IMG/VR virus record: IMGVR_UViG_3300007734_000759
Span: 87,154-151,153 of that record
Direction: 5' to 3' (one strand)
DNA: 64,000 nt
From: a virus
Below the pieces are notes generated by a model that saw only the letters and a program-made list of their open reading frames with translations, did no database searches and was not told the DNA's origin. Below, one piece after another: positions 31,858 to 42,256 of the stretch. The number at the start of each line of letters is the position of its first letter. Position 1 is the first letter of the stretch. The translations under genes were made by a program, and so were the position numbers.

Positions 31858-32643
31858 ATGAATCAAAAAACAGATATAGTACTGCAAGGTCCAATTTGGC
31901 CTACAACACTTCAAACTGCTGTTTACTATTTAGAATTACCATTTGTTAGTAAAGTGATTGTATCAACTTGGGAGGAGGAGAATATAGAAGACCCGAATAT
32001 TCCTAATATTGAAATAATTAAATCACCTAAACCTCCTTTTAGACCTAGTGCCACTGGTTTAAATACTATAGACTATCAAATATTATCATCATTCGAAGGT
32101 GTTAAAAAAACCACTTCAGACATCATAGTTAAAATGAGAACAGATCAAACCATCCACAAAGATGATATGGTGATGATGAACAACTTCGTTCTAGGAGATA
32201 TAGACAACACAGATTTAATCTATGTGGATGGTACAAAAAGAAAAGGAAACGTGTATGTTCTAGGTTTGAATAGAATATTTCCTTTCCATCCTCAAGATCA
32301 CGTATTCTGGGGGTATCGAGAAGACGTTCGTAGAATATTTGATATACCTCTTAAACCTGAACACCTAGCTAATGATCCTGGATTATTTAGAGACCCATCT
32401 TACATAGGAGCAATGTATTTCAAACAATTTTATCCTGAAGTAGAATTATATTTAGATAATTTTAAAGAATACATGATTGACAATCCTTCTAAGCTAGATG
32501 CTAGAGTCCTTTCTGAAAAAACTAGAGATAAAGTATTTAAAGTCTTTCCTAGGATATACATGGAATGGCCTAAGTATAATTGCAACTATCCGTACGATTT
32601 ATACTACCCACAGGGAGAGTATTATTACGAAGATTTAGTATAA
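31858..32643 (+). CDS. WavE-like polysaccharide synthesis protein
   Basis: IVLQGP, IVSTW, Q..SS..G, KMRTD, FHPQDHVFWG. Confidence 0.65.
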   Translation: MNQKTDIVLQGPIWPTTLQTAVYYLELPFVSKVIVSTWEEENIEDPNIPNIEIIKSPKPPFRPSATGLNTIDYQILSSFEGVKKTTSDIIVKMRTDQTIHKDDMVMMNNFVLGDIDNTDLIYVDGTKRKGNVYVLGLNRIFPFHPQDHVFWGYREDVRRIFDIPLKPEHLANDPGLFRDPSYIGAMYFKQFYPEVELYLDNFKEYMIDNPSKLDARVLSEKTRDKVFKVFPRIYMEWPKYNCNYPYDLYYPQGEYYYEDLV

Positions 32644-32646
32644 GAG

Positions 32647-33387
32647 ATGATAACTCTACAAGGACATTCAGGTTGCAATGTTACTCTACTGAACCGAGGT
32701 GTGGTTAGGAAGACTTCACCTACTGTGGATTATAACGAAAGATTGAAACATCAAATGGAAAAGCAACAGACCTTCTCACATAGCATCTTGGAAACTCCTC
32801 AGGTATATGATTTGGGATACACTACGGATGGTCTGTTTTATTTCGATATGGAGTACATACATGGAGTAAATCTTAACATATATTTTGAAAGAGAAAGACT
32901 ACATCGGTGTCTGGAGATAATAGATTTAGTTACATCCTTCCAAACTACAACTAAGCAGGTGGACATAACAGCTCAAGTTGTGGATAAAATTCAAAATATA
33001 AGACTAGATGAGAATACGAAGGAGGTTTTAATGACTAGCAATTGGGTTATTGATGTTGGATATGGCCATGGAGACTTGACTTTTGAAAATATTATAGTCA
33101 ATAAAAATAAAATATATTTAATAGATTTTCTAGACTCATTTGTAAATGGTCCCCTAATCGATCAATCAAAGCTATTGCAAGACGCGTTTTGCTACTGGTC
33201 CTTCAAGAACCAATCATCAGTACCCAAAAGAAAACTCCTACCAGTAAGAGATAGATTCAACTCTAAACAACACTACTCCATGCTACTGCTACACTTAGTA
33301 AGAGCAATACCGTATGCAAATATAAATAAAAAACAAGAAATAATATGCATGATAAAAAACGTGAAATCGCAAATAAACCAACTTTAA
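32647..33387 (+). CDS. APH/choline-kinase-fold phosphotransferase
   Basis: GHSGC, DMEYI.G, HGDLTFENI, LIDF. Confidence 0.75.
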   Translation: MITLQGHSGCNVTLLNRGVVRKTSPTVDYNERLKHQMEKQQTFSHSILETPQVYDLGYTTDGLFYFDMEYIHGVNLNIYFERERLHRCLEIIDLVTSFQTTTKQVDITAQVVDKIQNIRLDENTKEVLMTSNWVIDVGYGHGDLTFENIIVNKNKIYLIDFLDSFVNGPLIDQSKLLQDAFCYWSFKNQSSVPKRKLLPVRDRFNSKQHYSMLLLHLVRAIPYANINKKQEIICMIKNVKSQINQL

Positions 33388-34421
33388 TCATCCCAGCTGC
33401 AGGCAAGTCATCTAGGTATCCTAATATGAAACCTAAATGGATGCTGACACACCCATCAGGAAAATTAATGATTGAAAAAGTTGTCGATGGATTAAAAATA
33501 GACGATTATGAGAAAGTCTACTTCGTCGTCTTGAAAGAGCATTGCATCGAGCACGATGCGGCTTTTATACTAAAGCAAGCTTTTCCTGATGATATCTTCG
33601 AAGTAGTGGTTCTAGAGTCCCCAACACAAAGCAGTCCAGAAACAGTATACCAGTGTATTAAGTTACGCGATATTGAAAGCAGCATTGTGGTAAAAGATTG
33701 TGATTGTTTAGTTGAATATGAGATTCCCGATACAACTAATTTTGTTGTAGGTTTGCCTTTAACCGACAAGTGGAATGTTAAAAATTTACAACAAAAATCA
33801 TTTGTCATAGCTAACCAAGATAGTGTTGTTCAAGAGATTGTAGAAAAGAAAATAGTATCAGATATCGTATGCGTAGGAGTATACGGAATGAATGCTCAAG
33901 ATATGGTAAGATCGTATGAGAAACTTTTAAACATACTATCTCGAGAAATGTACTTTAGCCACATAGTTTCTGATATGGTAGATACATCCGGTGTGATTTT
34001 CAAGACAGTCGAGGCTAACAACTTCGTCGACTGGGGAACGAAGGAGGAATGGTTCTCAACAACTACTATGAAGACCACTTACCTATTTGACGTTGATGGG
34101 GTGGTGTTGTTCAATACTGGAAAGTATGGAAGAGAGAATTGGTTTAATACCATTAAACCCATAGAGGAAAATATAAACCTAATCAAACAGTTGTCAGATG
34201 AGGGAAATGAGATTATCTTTATAACATCGAGAACTAAAGATGCGATCGTATTATTTGAGAAATTTTTAGAAGATAGAGGTATAACATATAAAACAATAAT
34301 CCACTCTTGCCTACATTCGAAACGAATCCTAATCAACGACTTTGCAACCAGCAACCCATTTCCAAGTTGCTTAGCTATCAGCATCCCAAGAAACCAATCT
34401 ATAAAACTGTACTTAAAATAA
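33345..34421 (+). CDS. Sugar nucleotidyltransferase fused to a HAD phosphatase
   Basis: IPAAGKSSRY...KPK, DCD, DWGT; FDVDGV, ITSR, LIND. Confidence 0.8.
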   Translation: MHDKKREIANKPTLIIPAAGKSSRYPNMKPKWMLTHPSGKLMIEKVVDGLKIDDYEKVYFVVLKEHCIEHDAAFILKQAFPDDIFEVVVLESPTQSSPETVYQCIKLRDIESSIVVKDCDCLVEYEIPDTTNFVVGLPLTDKWNVKNLQQKSFVIANQDSVVQEIVEKKIVSDIVCVGVYGMNAQDMVRSYEKLLNILSREMYFSHIVSDMVDTSGVIFKTVEANNFVDWGTKEEWFSTTTMKTTYLFDVDGVVLFNTGKYGRENWFNTIKPIEENINLIKQLSDEGNEIIFITSRTKDAIVLFEKFLEDRGITYKTIIHSCLHSKRILINDFATSNPFPSCLAISIPRNQSIKLYLK

Positions 34422-34445
34422 TTTAAAACTTAAACATAAAAAATA

Positions 34446-35093
34446 ATGAACGACCTAAACATCCACTTAGGATGGTTAGCGCAGATTCCTCAAGATTTAG
34501 ATTTGGTTCTGGATTTAGGAGCTAACCACGGCGATTTTTTAATTGAGGCTTTAGTCTCACCTTCTGGCAAAAAAAACATTAATCAATTCGTGTATTTTGA
34601 ACCTGATCCCGAAAACTTCAACATCTGCCAATCTCGACTAAACTCCTACGAATTTGCACAGGGTCACAATATTGGAATTTACTATGGACATGATCAATCT
34701 AGTGTTAATGGAGTAGGAGATAATAACGTCGGAGGTTATATGGTTTCACATATCGATCCTCTATACACAGCGCAGTGGGCAACCCCAACAAGCAACCCTT
34801 GGAATAAGCACCTAACAACCTATCCAGATAAGATCTTCACTTTAAAACCTCTAGAGACTATCATCAACAGACCAGCCGACTTAGTGAAGATGGATATAGA
34901 AGCTTCAGAGTGGAACGTTATCGAACACTCGACTCTACTTAAAGTTAGTAATTACTTAATGATAGAATGGCATAATATTCCAAATTACGAAACTGAAGGG
35001 ATGTCTTATGTTTTCGATTTTATTACTAAACATCTACCCAACCACATTATAATAGATGCTACAAAAGGATATACATTTTTAAAACTCAAATAA
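34446..35093 (+). CDS. FkbM-family methyltransferase
   Basis: LDLGANHG, FEP, VKMDIEASE, IEWH. Confidence 0.8.
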   Translation: MNDLNIHLGWLAQIPQDLDLVLDLGANHGDFLIEALVSPSGKKNINQFVYFEPDPENFNICQSRLNSYEFAQGHNIGIYYGHDQSSVNGVGDNNVGGYMVSHIDPLYTAQWATPTSNPWNKHLTTYPDKIFTLKPLETIINRPADLVKMDIEASEWNVIEHSTLLKVSNYLMIEWHNIPNYETEGMSYVFDFITKHLPNHIIIDATKGYTFLKLK

Positions 35094-35096
35094 CAT

Positions 35097-35756
35097 ATGC
35101 AAAAACTAAATTTTCATCCCAACCACGGAATAGATATCAATCCCGAGGAGTTTAATACTAACGTGGGATTATCCGAACTAAGGAAGATAAATAATCGAGT
35201 AATGGGAGGAGGATCCTCTCAAGGCTTTGCAGCGTTCAAGCTATTGGAACATTTAATAGTCTATGATAAGTTCCAGTACGTTGTGGAGATAGGTTCTCAA
35301 AAAGGAGGGATGTCAGTGTACTTAGGAACTATGGCGTGTGCTTCTGAGAAGTTTTTATTTCATACTTTTGAAATTAACAAAGATCGTGATTGGTATAATA
35401 GAGTAGTTGAAGGAGTGGGCCACTGGTTTGAGAAGATGGAAACTCTGTCCCCATACTGTAAATCATATGAAGGAAACATATTCTCCTCGGGGATGTACAA
35501 CCTTATAAAAGAAACGTCATCCAATTACAAAACATTAATTATTTGCGATGGTGGTGATAAAATTAAAGAGTTGGAAATGTACAGCGGCGTTCTAAAACCA
35601 GGAGACGTTATTATGGCTCACGATTTTCCTGATAGCAGAGGACATGCAGAGATCAGAGATGAGAATGTTAATTACAACGTTCTTAAAGAATACCAACCTT
35701 GGAACACTCGCTTTGTAGAAAATGAAACCCTTTTCAAAGTATTTACCCTAAAGTGA
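35097..35756 (+). CDS. Class I SAM methyltransferase (CmcI-like)
   Basis: VVEIGS..GG, ICDG, LKPGDVIMAHD. Confidence 0.65.
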   Translation: MQKLNFHPNHGIDINPEEFNTNVGLSELRKINNRVMGGGSSQGFAAFKLLEHLIVYDKFQYVVEIGSQKGGMSVYLGTMACASEKFLFHTFEINKDRDWYNRVVEGVGHWFEKMETLSPYCKSYEGNIFSSGMYNLIKETSSNYKTLIICDGGDKIKELEMYSGVLKPGDVIMAHDFPDSRGHAEIRDENVNYNVLKEYQPWNTRFVENETLFKVFTLK

Positions 35757-35757
35757 A

Positions 35758-36579
35758 ATGAATATATTCTCAAACTTCATAGAGCAAGAGAGATGGGAGA
35801 AAGCCTTCGCAGATCTAAAAGAAGTGAAGGCTTCTTTGTTTAACGAGTACCGACCCTCCTTAGAAGAATTAGCGATAAACCCTATCAACATATTGGTTAT
35901 AGGTAGCGAACCCAACGAATACTTCGGCAACCATGACTATGCAGTCCAGAACTGGGATCAATTTAGTGTGATTCTAACTTGGAGTACTAAAATATTAAAC
36001 CAGGTGCCTAATGCAGTTCATATAACATATGGTGAGAGTTGGTGGCAGGATAATCCATACCAATACGAGGAATGTGAAAAAGATTTTAAAGTTTCTTTTT
36101 TACGAGGTTCTTTGTTGAAATTGCCTGGACATTTTATTCGCCATGAGGTGTTTGCTAGGCAGAATGAGTTTAAAATTCCTACACAATTTTGGGATAAGTT
36201 AGGAGAGAGAGGGGATTTTGAAAAATGGAGACAGGATAAGATAGACTCCTTCCGACCCTACCAATATTCCTTATGCATTGAAAATTCATCAAGGGATAAT
36301 TACTTCTCGGAAAAGATCACAGATTGTATTTTAAACAAGACCATACCCATTTACTTTGGATGCTCTAATATTGAGAAATACTACAACCCTGATGGAATTA
36401 TACAAGTGCGTAATGCGGATGAGATCATAAGAGTCTGTAATGAATTAACTCCTGAATTATACCAAACGAAATTAACAGCTATTGAAGAAAACTACAATAC
36501 AGCGTTGTATTATAAAGATTATGTGGGGAATGTTAAGAGTACGGTTATTGATATACTACAAATGAATAATATACTATGA
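35758..36579 (+). CDS. GT10 fucosyltransferase-like protein
   Basis: YSLCIENS...YFSEKITD....TIPIYFG. Confidence 0.75.
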   Translation: MNIFSNFIEQERWEKAFADLKEVKASLFNEYRPSLEELAINPINILVIGSEPNEYFGNHDYAVQNWDQFSVILTWSTKILNQVPNAVHITYGESWWQDNPYQYEECEKDFKVSFLRGSLLKLPGHFIRHEVFARQNEFKIPTQFWDKLGERGDFEKWRQDKIDSFRPYQYSLCIENSSRDNYFSEKITDCILNKTIPIYFGCSNIEKYYNPDGIIQVRNADEIIRVCNELTPELYQTKLTAIEENYNTALYYKDYVGNVKSTVIDILQMNNIL

Positions 36580-37448
36580 AGTCTACTTTAATATGCTTGC
36601 ACGTAATGCCTCACGAGATTGAACTGTTAGAGCGGTTTACAGCGCAGCTAAGAAGATCTTTTTCCTACTTAGATGAGACAGATAGGGTTACTATAAAAGC
36701 ATCTTTAAACCTTAATCCACTACTCACTGATTGGAGTAGTAGCGAGTTATCTCAACAATACTTCATAGATATTTTTAACGAATGCTTCAAAGATATCCCT
36801 AACATAAATGAAGTGGTAACTAACACAACTCTTATGGGAACAACTCAACAGAAGAGAGAGTGTATTCTACTACCATACGATCAATTTATATTCGTCGATA
36901 CCGATATAGCGTTTTCTGAAACATTATTAAAGTACCAAATTACAGCTGCGGAGCATCTGCAGGGTATGTACGTTGTGATCCCTCAACTAGTCAAATTGTG
37001 GGATGCTAGCTGGGATATGCTAGTGCATGAAGATTATATCGACAAGCCCTACGGGTACTACAATCAACACGATCCTGAGTTGACGTATAACCAGCCTGTA
37101 GGAGACGTTGCATTAAAACAATTACCTGTTGTTAAGTTTGGATGTGGAATGCATACCTTATACTCTAAAGAGTTTTGGAATTTTATAGGCATACCTCAAT
37201 CCTTTGGAGGATACGGCTCCGAGGACTCATTTGCAATGATGGCAAGCGGTATGGCTATTTCTAAAGGACATCAGATCAATCAATACTATTTAGAAGGTTT
37301 GTATATTACTGAGAATCTCGTAGATAGGACTCCATCCTTCGAAGGAAAGATAGTAAATACATTCCACAAAGAAAAATCAAAAGAAGCTTCCTGGCAGATA
37401 ATGAATGAGGAGCTGAGCAAGTTTGCAAACAAACTCCAGGACAGATGA
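36576..37448 (+). CDS. GT-A glycosyltransferase-like protein
   Basis: FVDTD, GGYGSED. Confidence 0.6.
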   Translation: MKSTLICLHVMPHEIELLERFTAQLRRSFSYLDETDRVTIKASLNLNPLLTDWSSSELSQQYFIDIFNECFKDIPNINEVVTNTTLMGTTQQKRECILLPYDQFIFVDTDIAFSETLLKYQITAAEHLQGMYVVIPQLVKLWDASWDMLVHEDYIDKPYGYYNQHDPELTYNQPVGDVALKQLPVVKFGCGMHTLYSKEFWNFIGIPQSFGGYGSEDSFAMMASGMAISKGHQINQYYLEGLYITENLVDRTPSFEGKIVNTFHKEKSKEASWQIMNEELSKFANKLQDR

Positions 37449-38413
37449 GCAGCACCAAGGCATTTATAACAGGAGCATCGGGACAGGATGGATCTCTTTT
37501 AGCTGAACTATTGCTTGCTAAGGGTTATGTGGTGTACGGATTAGTTAGAGAAAAATCTAGTATTGAAAATTTACAAGATTTAATTGATAATCCTAATTTA
37601 CATATCATATACGGAGACTCTCAAAACAATGATTTGCTTAGGTTTGTCTTGGAGAAGTATCAATTTGATGAGATATACAACTTAGCATCCCAAAGTAATG
37701 TTCGCCTAAGCTACGACAGCCCCATATTAACTTTCAACGTAACCCTACTAGGAACTTTAATACTACTTGAGAATATTAGAAAACACTCCCCTAACTCCAG
37801 AGTGTTTCAGGCAGGATCATCAGCCATGTTTGGAAACAGTACCGACCCTGATGGATTTCAGAGAGAAACAACTCCTTTTTTTCCAGTAAGTCCTTACGCG
37901 TCCTCTAAGCTATTTTCTCACAATATTTGTTGCAATTATAGAAATAATTACGGATTGTATATAAGTAATGGGATATTATACAACCACGAATCTACTAAAT
38001 CCAAAACATTGTTAGGAGTATTGAATACGATAACAAAGAATGCCGTTGATATTAAAAATAAGAATACCGATAAGTTTCACATACCTAATATCAACATACG
38101 GATTGACTGTGGTGACGCAGCGGAATATGTAGAAGCTATGTGGCTTACGTTACAACAACAAGAACCCGACGACTACATAATATCAACAGGTGTCACTCAC
38201 AGCCTTGCTGAGATTTGTGATTATGTGTTTAGCAAACTAGGTTTGGATTGGACTCAACATATCACAACAGACCATCATACATCACTTACAGCTTTTGCTA
38301 AAGGAGATAATTGTAAAATAAAAAATATAGGATGGAATAAAGATTTCAACATCCACACTCTATTAGATAAATTATTAAATTACTATGATACACAACCTGC
38401 AAACACTAATTAA
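37445..38413 (+). CDS. gmd: Second, divergent GDP-mannose 4,6-dehydratase-like protein
   Basis: ITGASGQDGS, NLASQSNV, SPYASSK, YNHES; the TSE motif reads SSA. Confidence 0.75.
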   Translation: MSSTKAFITGASGQDGSLLAELLLAKGYVVYGLVREKSSIENLQDLIDNPNLHIIYGDSQNNDLLRFVLEKYQFDEIYNLASQSNVRLSYDSPILTFNVTLLGTLILLENIRKHSPNSRVFQAGSSAMFGNSTDPDGFQRETTPFFPVSPYASSKLFSHNICCNYRNNYGLYISNGILYNHESTKSKTLLGVLNTITKNAVDIKNKNTDKFHIPNINIRIDCGDAAEYVEAMWLTLQQQEPDDYIISTGVTHSLAEICDYVFSKLGLDWTQHITTDHHTSLTAFAKGDNCKIKNIGWNKDFNIHTLLDKLLNYYDTQPANTN

Positions 38414-38945
38414 CAACCTACACAGCACTCCCTCAGACATAAATGAACACTTCCCTGCTATACTAAAATATGGAAGTGAGTGTGATCACATTACGGAAAT
38501 GGGGGTACGAGGGATTGTTTCTACATGGGGGTGGTTAGCATGTGCACCTAAAAAACTAATAAGTTACGATATAGCTGATCCTTCCCACTGGGGAGCAAGT
38601 ATTCAAGATGTATACGACACAGCTGAGGCTTACGGCATACCTTTTGAATTTAGACTCAACGATGTGCTAAAAATTGAAATAGAAGAAACAGATTTACTAT
38701 TCCTCGACACAGCTCATTTATATACGCAAGTTAAGGCTGAGCTTGCTCTCCACAGCTCTAAGGTAAGGAAGTATATTTGTTTCCACGACACAACTTCCTA
38801 CGAAACTAAGGGTGAGGATGGAATCGAGGGCAATGGTATATGGAAAGCAATTGAAGAATTTATATCTAGTAGCAACGGCGAGTGGGTACTGCATGAAAGA
38901 TTTACAAACAATAACGGGTTTGCTATTATCAAAAGAATTAAGTGA
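38385..38945 (+). CDS. Class I SAM methyltransferase (Methyltransf_24-like)
   Basis: EMGVRGIVST, DLLFLDTAH, FHDT, NNNG. Confidence 0.7.
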   Translation: MIHNLQTLINNLHSTPSDINEHFPAILKYGSECDHITEMGVRGIVSTWGWLACAPKKLISYDIADPSHWGASIQDVYDTAEAYGIPFEFRLNDVLKIEIEETDLLFLDTAHLYTQVKAELALHSSKVRKYICFHDTTSYETKGEDGIEGNGIWKAIEEFISSSNGEWVLHERFTNNNGFAIIKRIK

Positions 38946-39634
38946 TGAAGATTCACATTTTCTATAGACATTATAACATAGCAGGTACAGACGGTAAGCA
39001 GAGACCTTCGTGGTTTGATTACGAGAAATGCTTTCAGAATTTACTAAATACTGTGGATGAGAGCGTATCTATAAATATTATATATGATGGAGATCTAGGT
39101 GATGGAAATTTCATACATAAGTACAGCAAACAAGTAAACAGTATAAAACAAATCACAGGCAAGAGTGACTTCAGATCCTTCCAGCATACCTGTGAAGCAA
39201 TAAAGAACAGCCCTCAGATCCATACTAACGATGTAGTATATTTTTTGGAGAATGACTATCTCCACGTCCAAGGGTGGTGTAAAGAGGTGTTAAATTTATT
39301 TCAAACTTATGAAACATCGTACGTCAGTTTGTATGACCATAACGATAAATATTTTCTACCACAGTATGAAGATTTAGTATCCAAAGTATTCACAACATCA
39401 ACCCGCCACTGGAGAACAACACCTAGCACATGCAATAGCTTTGCTCTTACTAAAAAACTATTTGATCAGGATTACGATATACTTTTGACCATGGAAGGAG
39501 ACCATAATAAGTTTATGTGGCTAGCTGAACACAGAGATAGGTATGTTGTTACTCCTCTGCCTGGCCTATCGACTCACTGTATGCAGCACTTACTTAGCCC
39601 TGCGATTGATTGGGAAAAACTAATAACAACATGA
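38942..39634 (+). CDS. GT-A glycosyltransferase-like protein
   Basis: VYFLENDYLH, SLYDH. Confidence 0.6.
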   Translation: MMKIHIFYRHYNIAGTDGKQRPSWFDYEKCFQNLLNTVDESVSINIIYDGDLGDGNFIHKYSKQVNSIKQITGKSDFRSFQHTCEAIKNSPQIHTNDVVYFLENDYLHVQGWCKEVLNLFQTYETSYVSLYDHNDKYFLPQYEDLVSKVFTTSTRHWRTTPSTCNSFALTKKLFDQDYDILLTMEGDHNKFMWLAEHRDRYVVTPLPGLSTHCMQHLLSPAIDWEKLITT

Positions 39635-40398
39635 TCTCAGTAATAATACCTACATACAAATCACCTGAGGCTCTGGATCTCTGCCTAAGATCAGCTATCA
39701 CTAGTCAACTGAATAATAATCAGATCATCGTAGTAGTTGATGGTCATTACGACATTAACAAAGAAGTGCTTGAGAGGTACGCTCAACATATAGATATTTT
39801 AAACTTAGAAGAAAATGTCGGATTGTGTAGAGGAACAAACCTAGGTGTATTTAATTCGAAGTACGAGAAGGTTCTCATTGTAAATGACGACAACGTATTC
39901 CCACCTAACTGGGACGCTATGCTACTGAGGGCTTACCAACCAAACTCAGTTGTAGCTCCTAATCAAGTGGAACCTTATCCTAGTATGTTTTCACAATTCG
40001 TTATTAAAGACTTAGGTAGAGATCCTAAAACATTTGATTTAGATCAATTCTGGAAGGAGGATGTGAATCTAACTAAGAATGTTATCGACGAGACTGGTTC
40101 AACACTCCCAATCTTTATGAGCAAGTTGGATTACCTAAAGGTAGGAGGTTGGGATGAGAACTATGAAATGGGAATGGTAGCTGATTGGGATTTTTTTCTT
40201 AAATGTCAGCTAAGTGGATTGAAGATGTTAAGAACTTACAACACTCATTTTTATCACTTTGTATCTCTTTCAACAACCGACACAGCTGAAAAACAGCAAC
40301 GTCGATATGAATCGGAGCAAGCAGGTCATCAATATGCTGTGTACAAATGGGGAACAAATATTAAACACGATCCAATTTCCAACCTTAAATATTTATAA
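39631..40398 (+). CDS. Glycosyltransferase GT2
   Basis: SVIIPTY, VVVDG, N.G....N.G, NDD, GGWDE, DWDF. Confidence 0.85.
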   Translation: MISVIIPTYKSPEALDLCLRSAITSQLNNNQIIVVVDGHYDINKEVLERYAQHIDILNLEENVGLCRGTNLGVFNSKYEKVLIVNDDNVFPPNWDAMLLRAYQPNSVVAPNQVEPYPSMFSQFVIKDLGRDPKTFDLDQFWKEDVNLTKNVIDETGSTLPIFMSKLDYLKVGGWDENYEMGMVADWDFFLKCQLSGLKMLRTYNTHFYHFVSLSTTDTAEKQQRRYESEQAGHQYAVYKWGTNIKHDPISNLKYL

Positions 40399-40412
40399 TA
40401 AACTCCACGACT

Positions 40413-40724
40413 ATGAAAAAAGCTCAGCAAAGAAAATTACTTAATGTGGAAATTATATACGAAGATGCAGAAGACTTACAGCAGCTTGAAGATAGTCCGC
40501 AGTTTAACGATCTGATTTTAAAGGATGCCTTTGATGTAGTAGAGAAGGCAGCTAAAACAAGGAAGAAGAGCGTGCCACTTATTAATATTCCAAACCTAGG
40601 ATTGGAAGTATCAATCGAAAGGCATAACTTTAAACCGATCCTACAGAAGGCATTAGACTACTACACAGAGCAGGAACAATACGAACGATGTGCAGATGTT
40701 GTACAGCTAATTGAAAGTTTATGA
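40413..40724 (+). CDS. Protein with a C-terminal UvrB/UvrC-like motif
   Basis: LDYYTEQEQYERCADV; paralog-like to 42453. Confidence 0.5.
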   Translation: MKKAQQRKLLNVEIIYEDAEDLQQLEDSPQFNDLILKDAFDVVEKAAKTRKKSVPLINIPNLGLEVSIERHNFKPILQKALDYYTEQEQYERCADVVQLIESL

Positions 40725-41143
40725 AGAACCCACAAAGAGATATCGCAAACCTAATGAAAAACATCTTAGGTACCGATGTCAAAATAAAAACAACAGAGGA
40801 TCAGTTTTTGAAGCAAGCAAAAAAACTTTTTTGCAAGTTTGTACAGCACGTAGATAAATTCGAAGCAACCTCCCAGAAAGTTTTAAAAGATCATAACCTA
40901 GATGTAGATCCTTTCGTAGAAGATCTATACGTAGCAATCGACTACTTAGTTATGTTCTCCTTCGATGACTCGGTAGCGGAGATTGTTCAACACTACCTAT
41001 ATGGTAGAGATGAAAACGGAAGTGTTAAGTATAATTTCGAAGGTAAGGAGATGATAATCAACACACCCGAGAAGTTATTTGACTTTATGGTAATGCTTGG
41101 AGAAAGATTAGCTGACCAAGAAGAAGAAGGTGGAATTTCTTAA
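40721..41143 (+). CDS. Hypothetical protein
   Basis: ORF; C-terminus resembles that of 47790 (I.T.E.L..F/Y). Confidence 0.6.
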   Translation: MKNPQRDIANLMKNILGTDVKIKTTEDQFLKQAKKLFCKFVQHVDKFEATSQKVLKDHNLDVDPFVEDLYVAIDYLVMFSFDDSVAEIVQHYLYGRDENGSVKYNFEGKEMIINTPEKLFDFMVMLGERLADQEEEGGIS

Positions 41144-41212
41144 AATTTCTTAACAGAGTTTGTAATTAATTTTTACCGTTGTATCTTTAGGTATTGAAAA
41201 AATTAAATAGTT

Positions 41213-41563
41213 ATGAATAAAGTTAATCACATGAATTGCGTACATTGTTTACAACCAATTGCTGAAGGACGTTTGAAAGCATTACCTAACACGAAGACTT
41301 GTGTTGAGTGTTCAACAGCAGGAATGAAAAGAGGAGTAACTGTTACCCTTGGAGAAGGAGATCATACTTGTAACGAATTAGTTATTATGGATGAGCAGGA
41401 GTACTTCAAGTTCAAGCAAGCAGAAGCCAAGGCTTACGGAACACCTCCACCGATCATGGAAGACATCTACTCTCCTGATGAGATCTTTGCAGAGGTAGCA
41501 GCCAAGCGAGCTACTAACGAAATTGATTATAAGTCCTTAGACAATTCAAACCTAAGTGAGTAA
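41213..41563 (+). CDS. TraR/DksA C4 zinc-finger protein
   Basis: CVHCLQPIAEGRLKALPNTKTCVEC. Confidence 0.8.
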   Translation: MNKVNHMNCVHCLQPIAEGRLKALPNTKTCVECSTAGMKRGVTVTLGEGDHTCNELVIMDEQEYFKFKQAEAKAYGTPPPIMEDIYSPDEIFAEVAAKRATNEIDYKSLDNSNLSE

Positions 41564-42254
41564 TCCAGATAAGATAAACCTAAGTGGTAATCCCAATTAC
41601 TTCGATAGACCTAACTCTAAGCCTATCACTAAGGCTATGGCTGTCAATGCAATAGCCAAGACAGGTTCTAATCATGCAGCAGCAAGATACCTAAACGTAT
41701 CATTCAACCACTGGAAGAAGTTTGCTAAGTTGTACATTGATGAGGAAAGTGGTCTTAGTTTATTCGAAGTACATAAGAATAAGCAAGGGAAAGGTATTCC
41801 AAAGTTCTTTGGAGCAGAGAAGAAGAAAGCAGCTCCACTACTAGACATCATCGAAGGTAGGGTATCAGCAGTACATTATAACCCTGAGAGACTGCGTATA
41901 CGAATGGTACAAGAGGGATATCTACTTGAGGAATGTCACAAGTGCGGGTTCAAAGAACGACGTGTCCTAGACTATAAAATACCTCTGTTATTATTTTTCA
42001 AAGATAATAATAAGAAGAATTATAAGTTGGACAACGTAGAACATCTTTGCTACAATTGCTACTTCCTAACTGTAGGTGATGTGTTTACCGAAAGAGATGT
42101 TAAGGAAATGGAACACTATGCTCCTTTAAAAGGATCTGAAACCAAGGAAGCGGAGTGGGGGCTAGACGATTACCAGCTGCAAAGGCTAAAAGAGCTGGGA
42201 CTTGCAGAAGACGGACCAGTAGAGGATGGGTCGGAGTTTATTTCAAAGTGGTAA
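41556..42254 (+). CDS. HTH plus degenerate HNH/zinc-finger protein
   Basis: SNHAAARYLNVS; CHKCG...LLLFFKDNN..NY.LDNV.HLCYNC lacking the catalytic His. Confidence 0.6.
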   Translation: MSNPDKINLSGNPNYFDRPNSKPITKAMAVNAIAKTGSNHAAARYLNVSFNHWKKFAKLYIDEESGLSLFEVHKNKQGKGIPKFFGAEKKKAAPLLDIIEGRVSAVHYNPERLRIRMVQEGYLLEECHKCGFKERRVLDYKIPLLLFFKDNNKKNYKLDNVEHLCYNCYFLTVGDVFTERDVKEMEHYAPLKGSETKEAEWGLDDYQLQRLKELGLAEDGPVEDGSEFISKW

Positions 42255-42256
42255 CG

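Noticed and set aside
41548-41593. Short direct repeat AAACCTAAGTG(A)GTAATCC at the TraR/HNH gene junction
   Set aside because: Only two copies of about 18 nt; probably a local duplication with no supportable function
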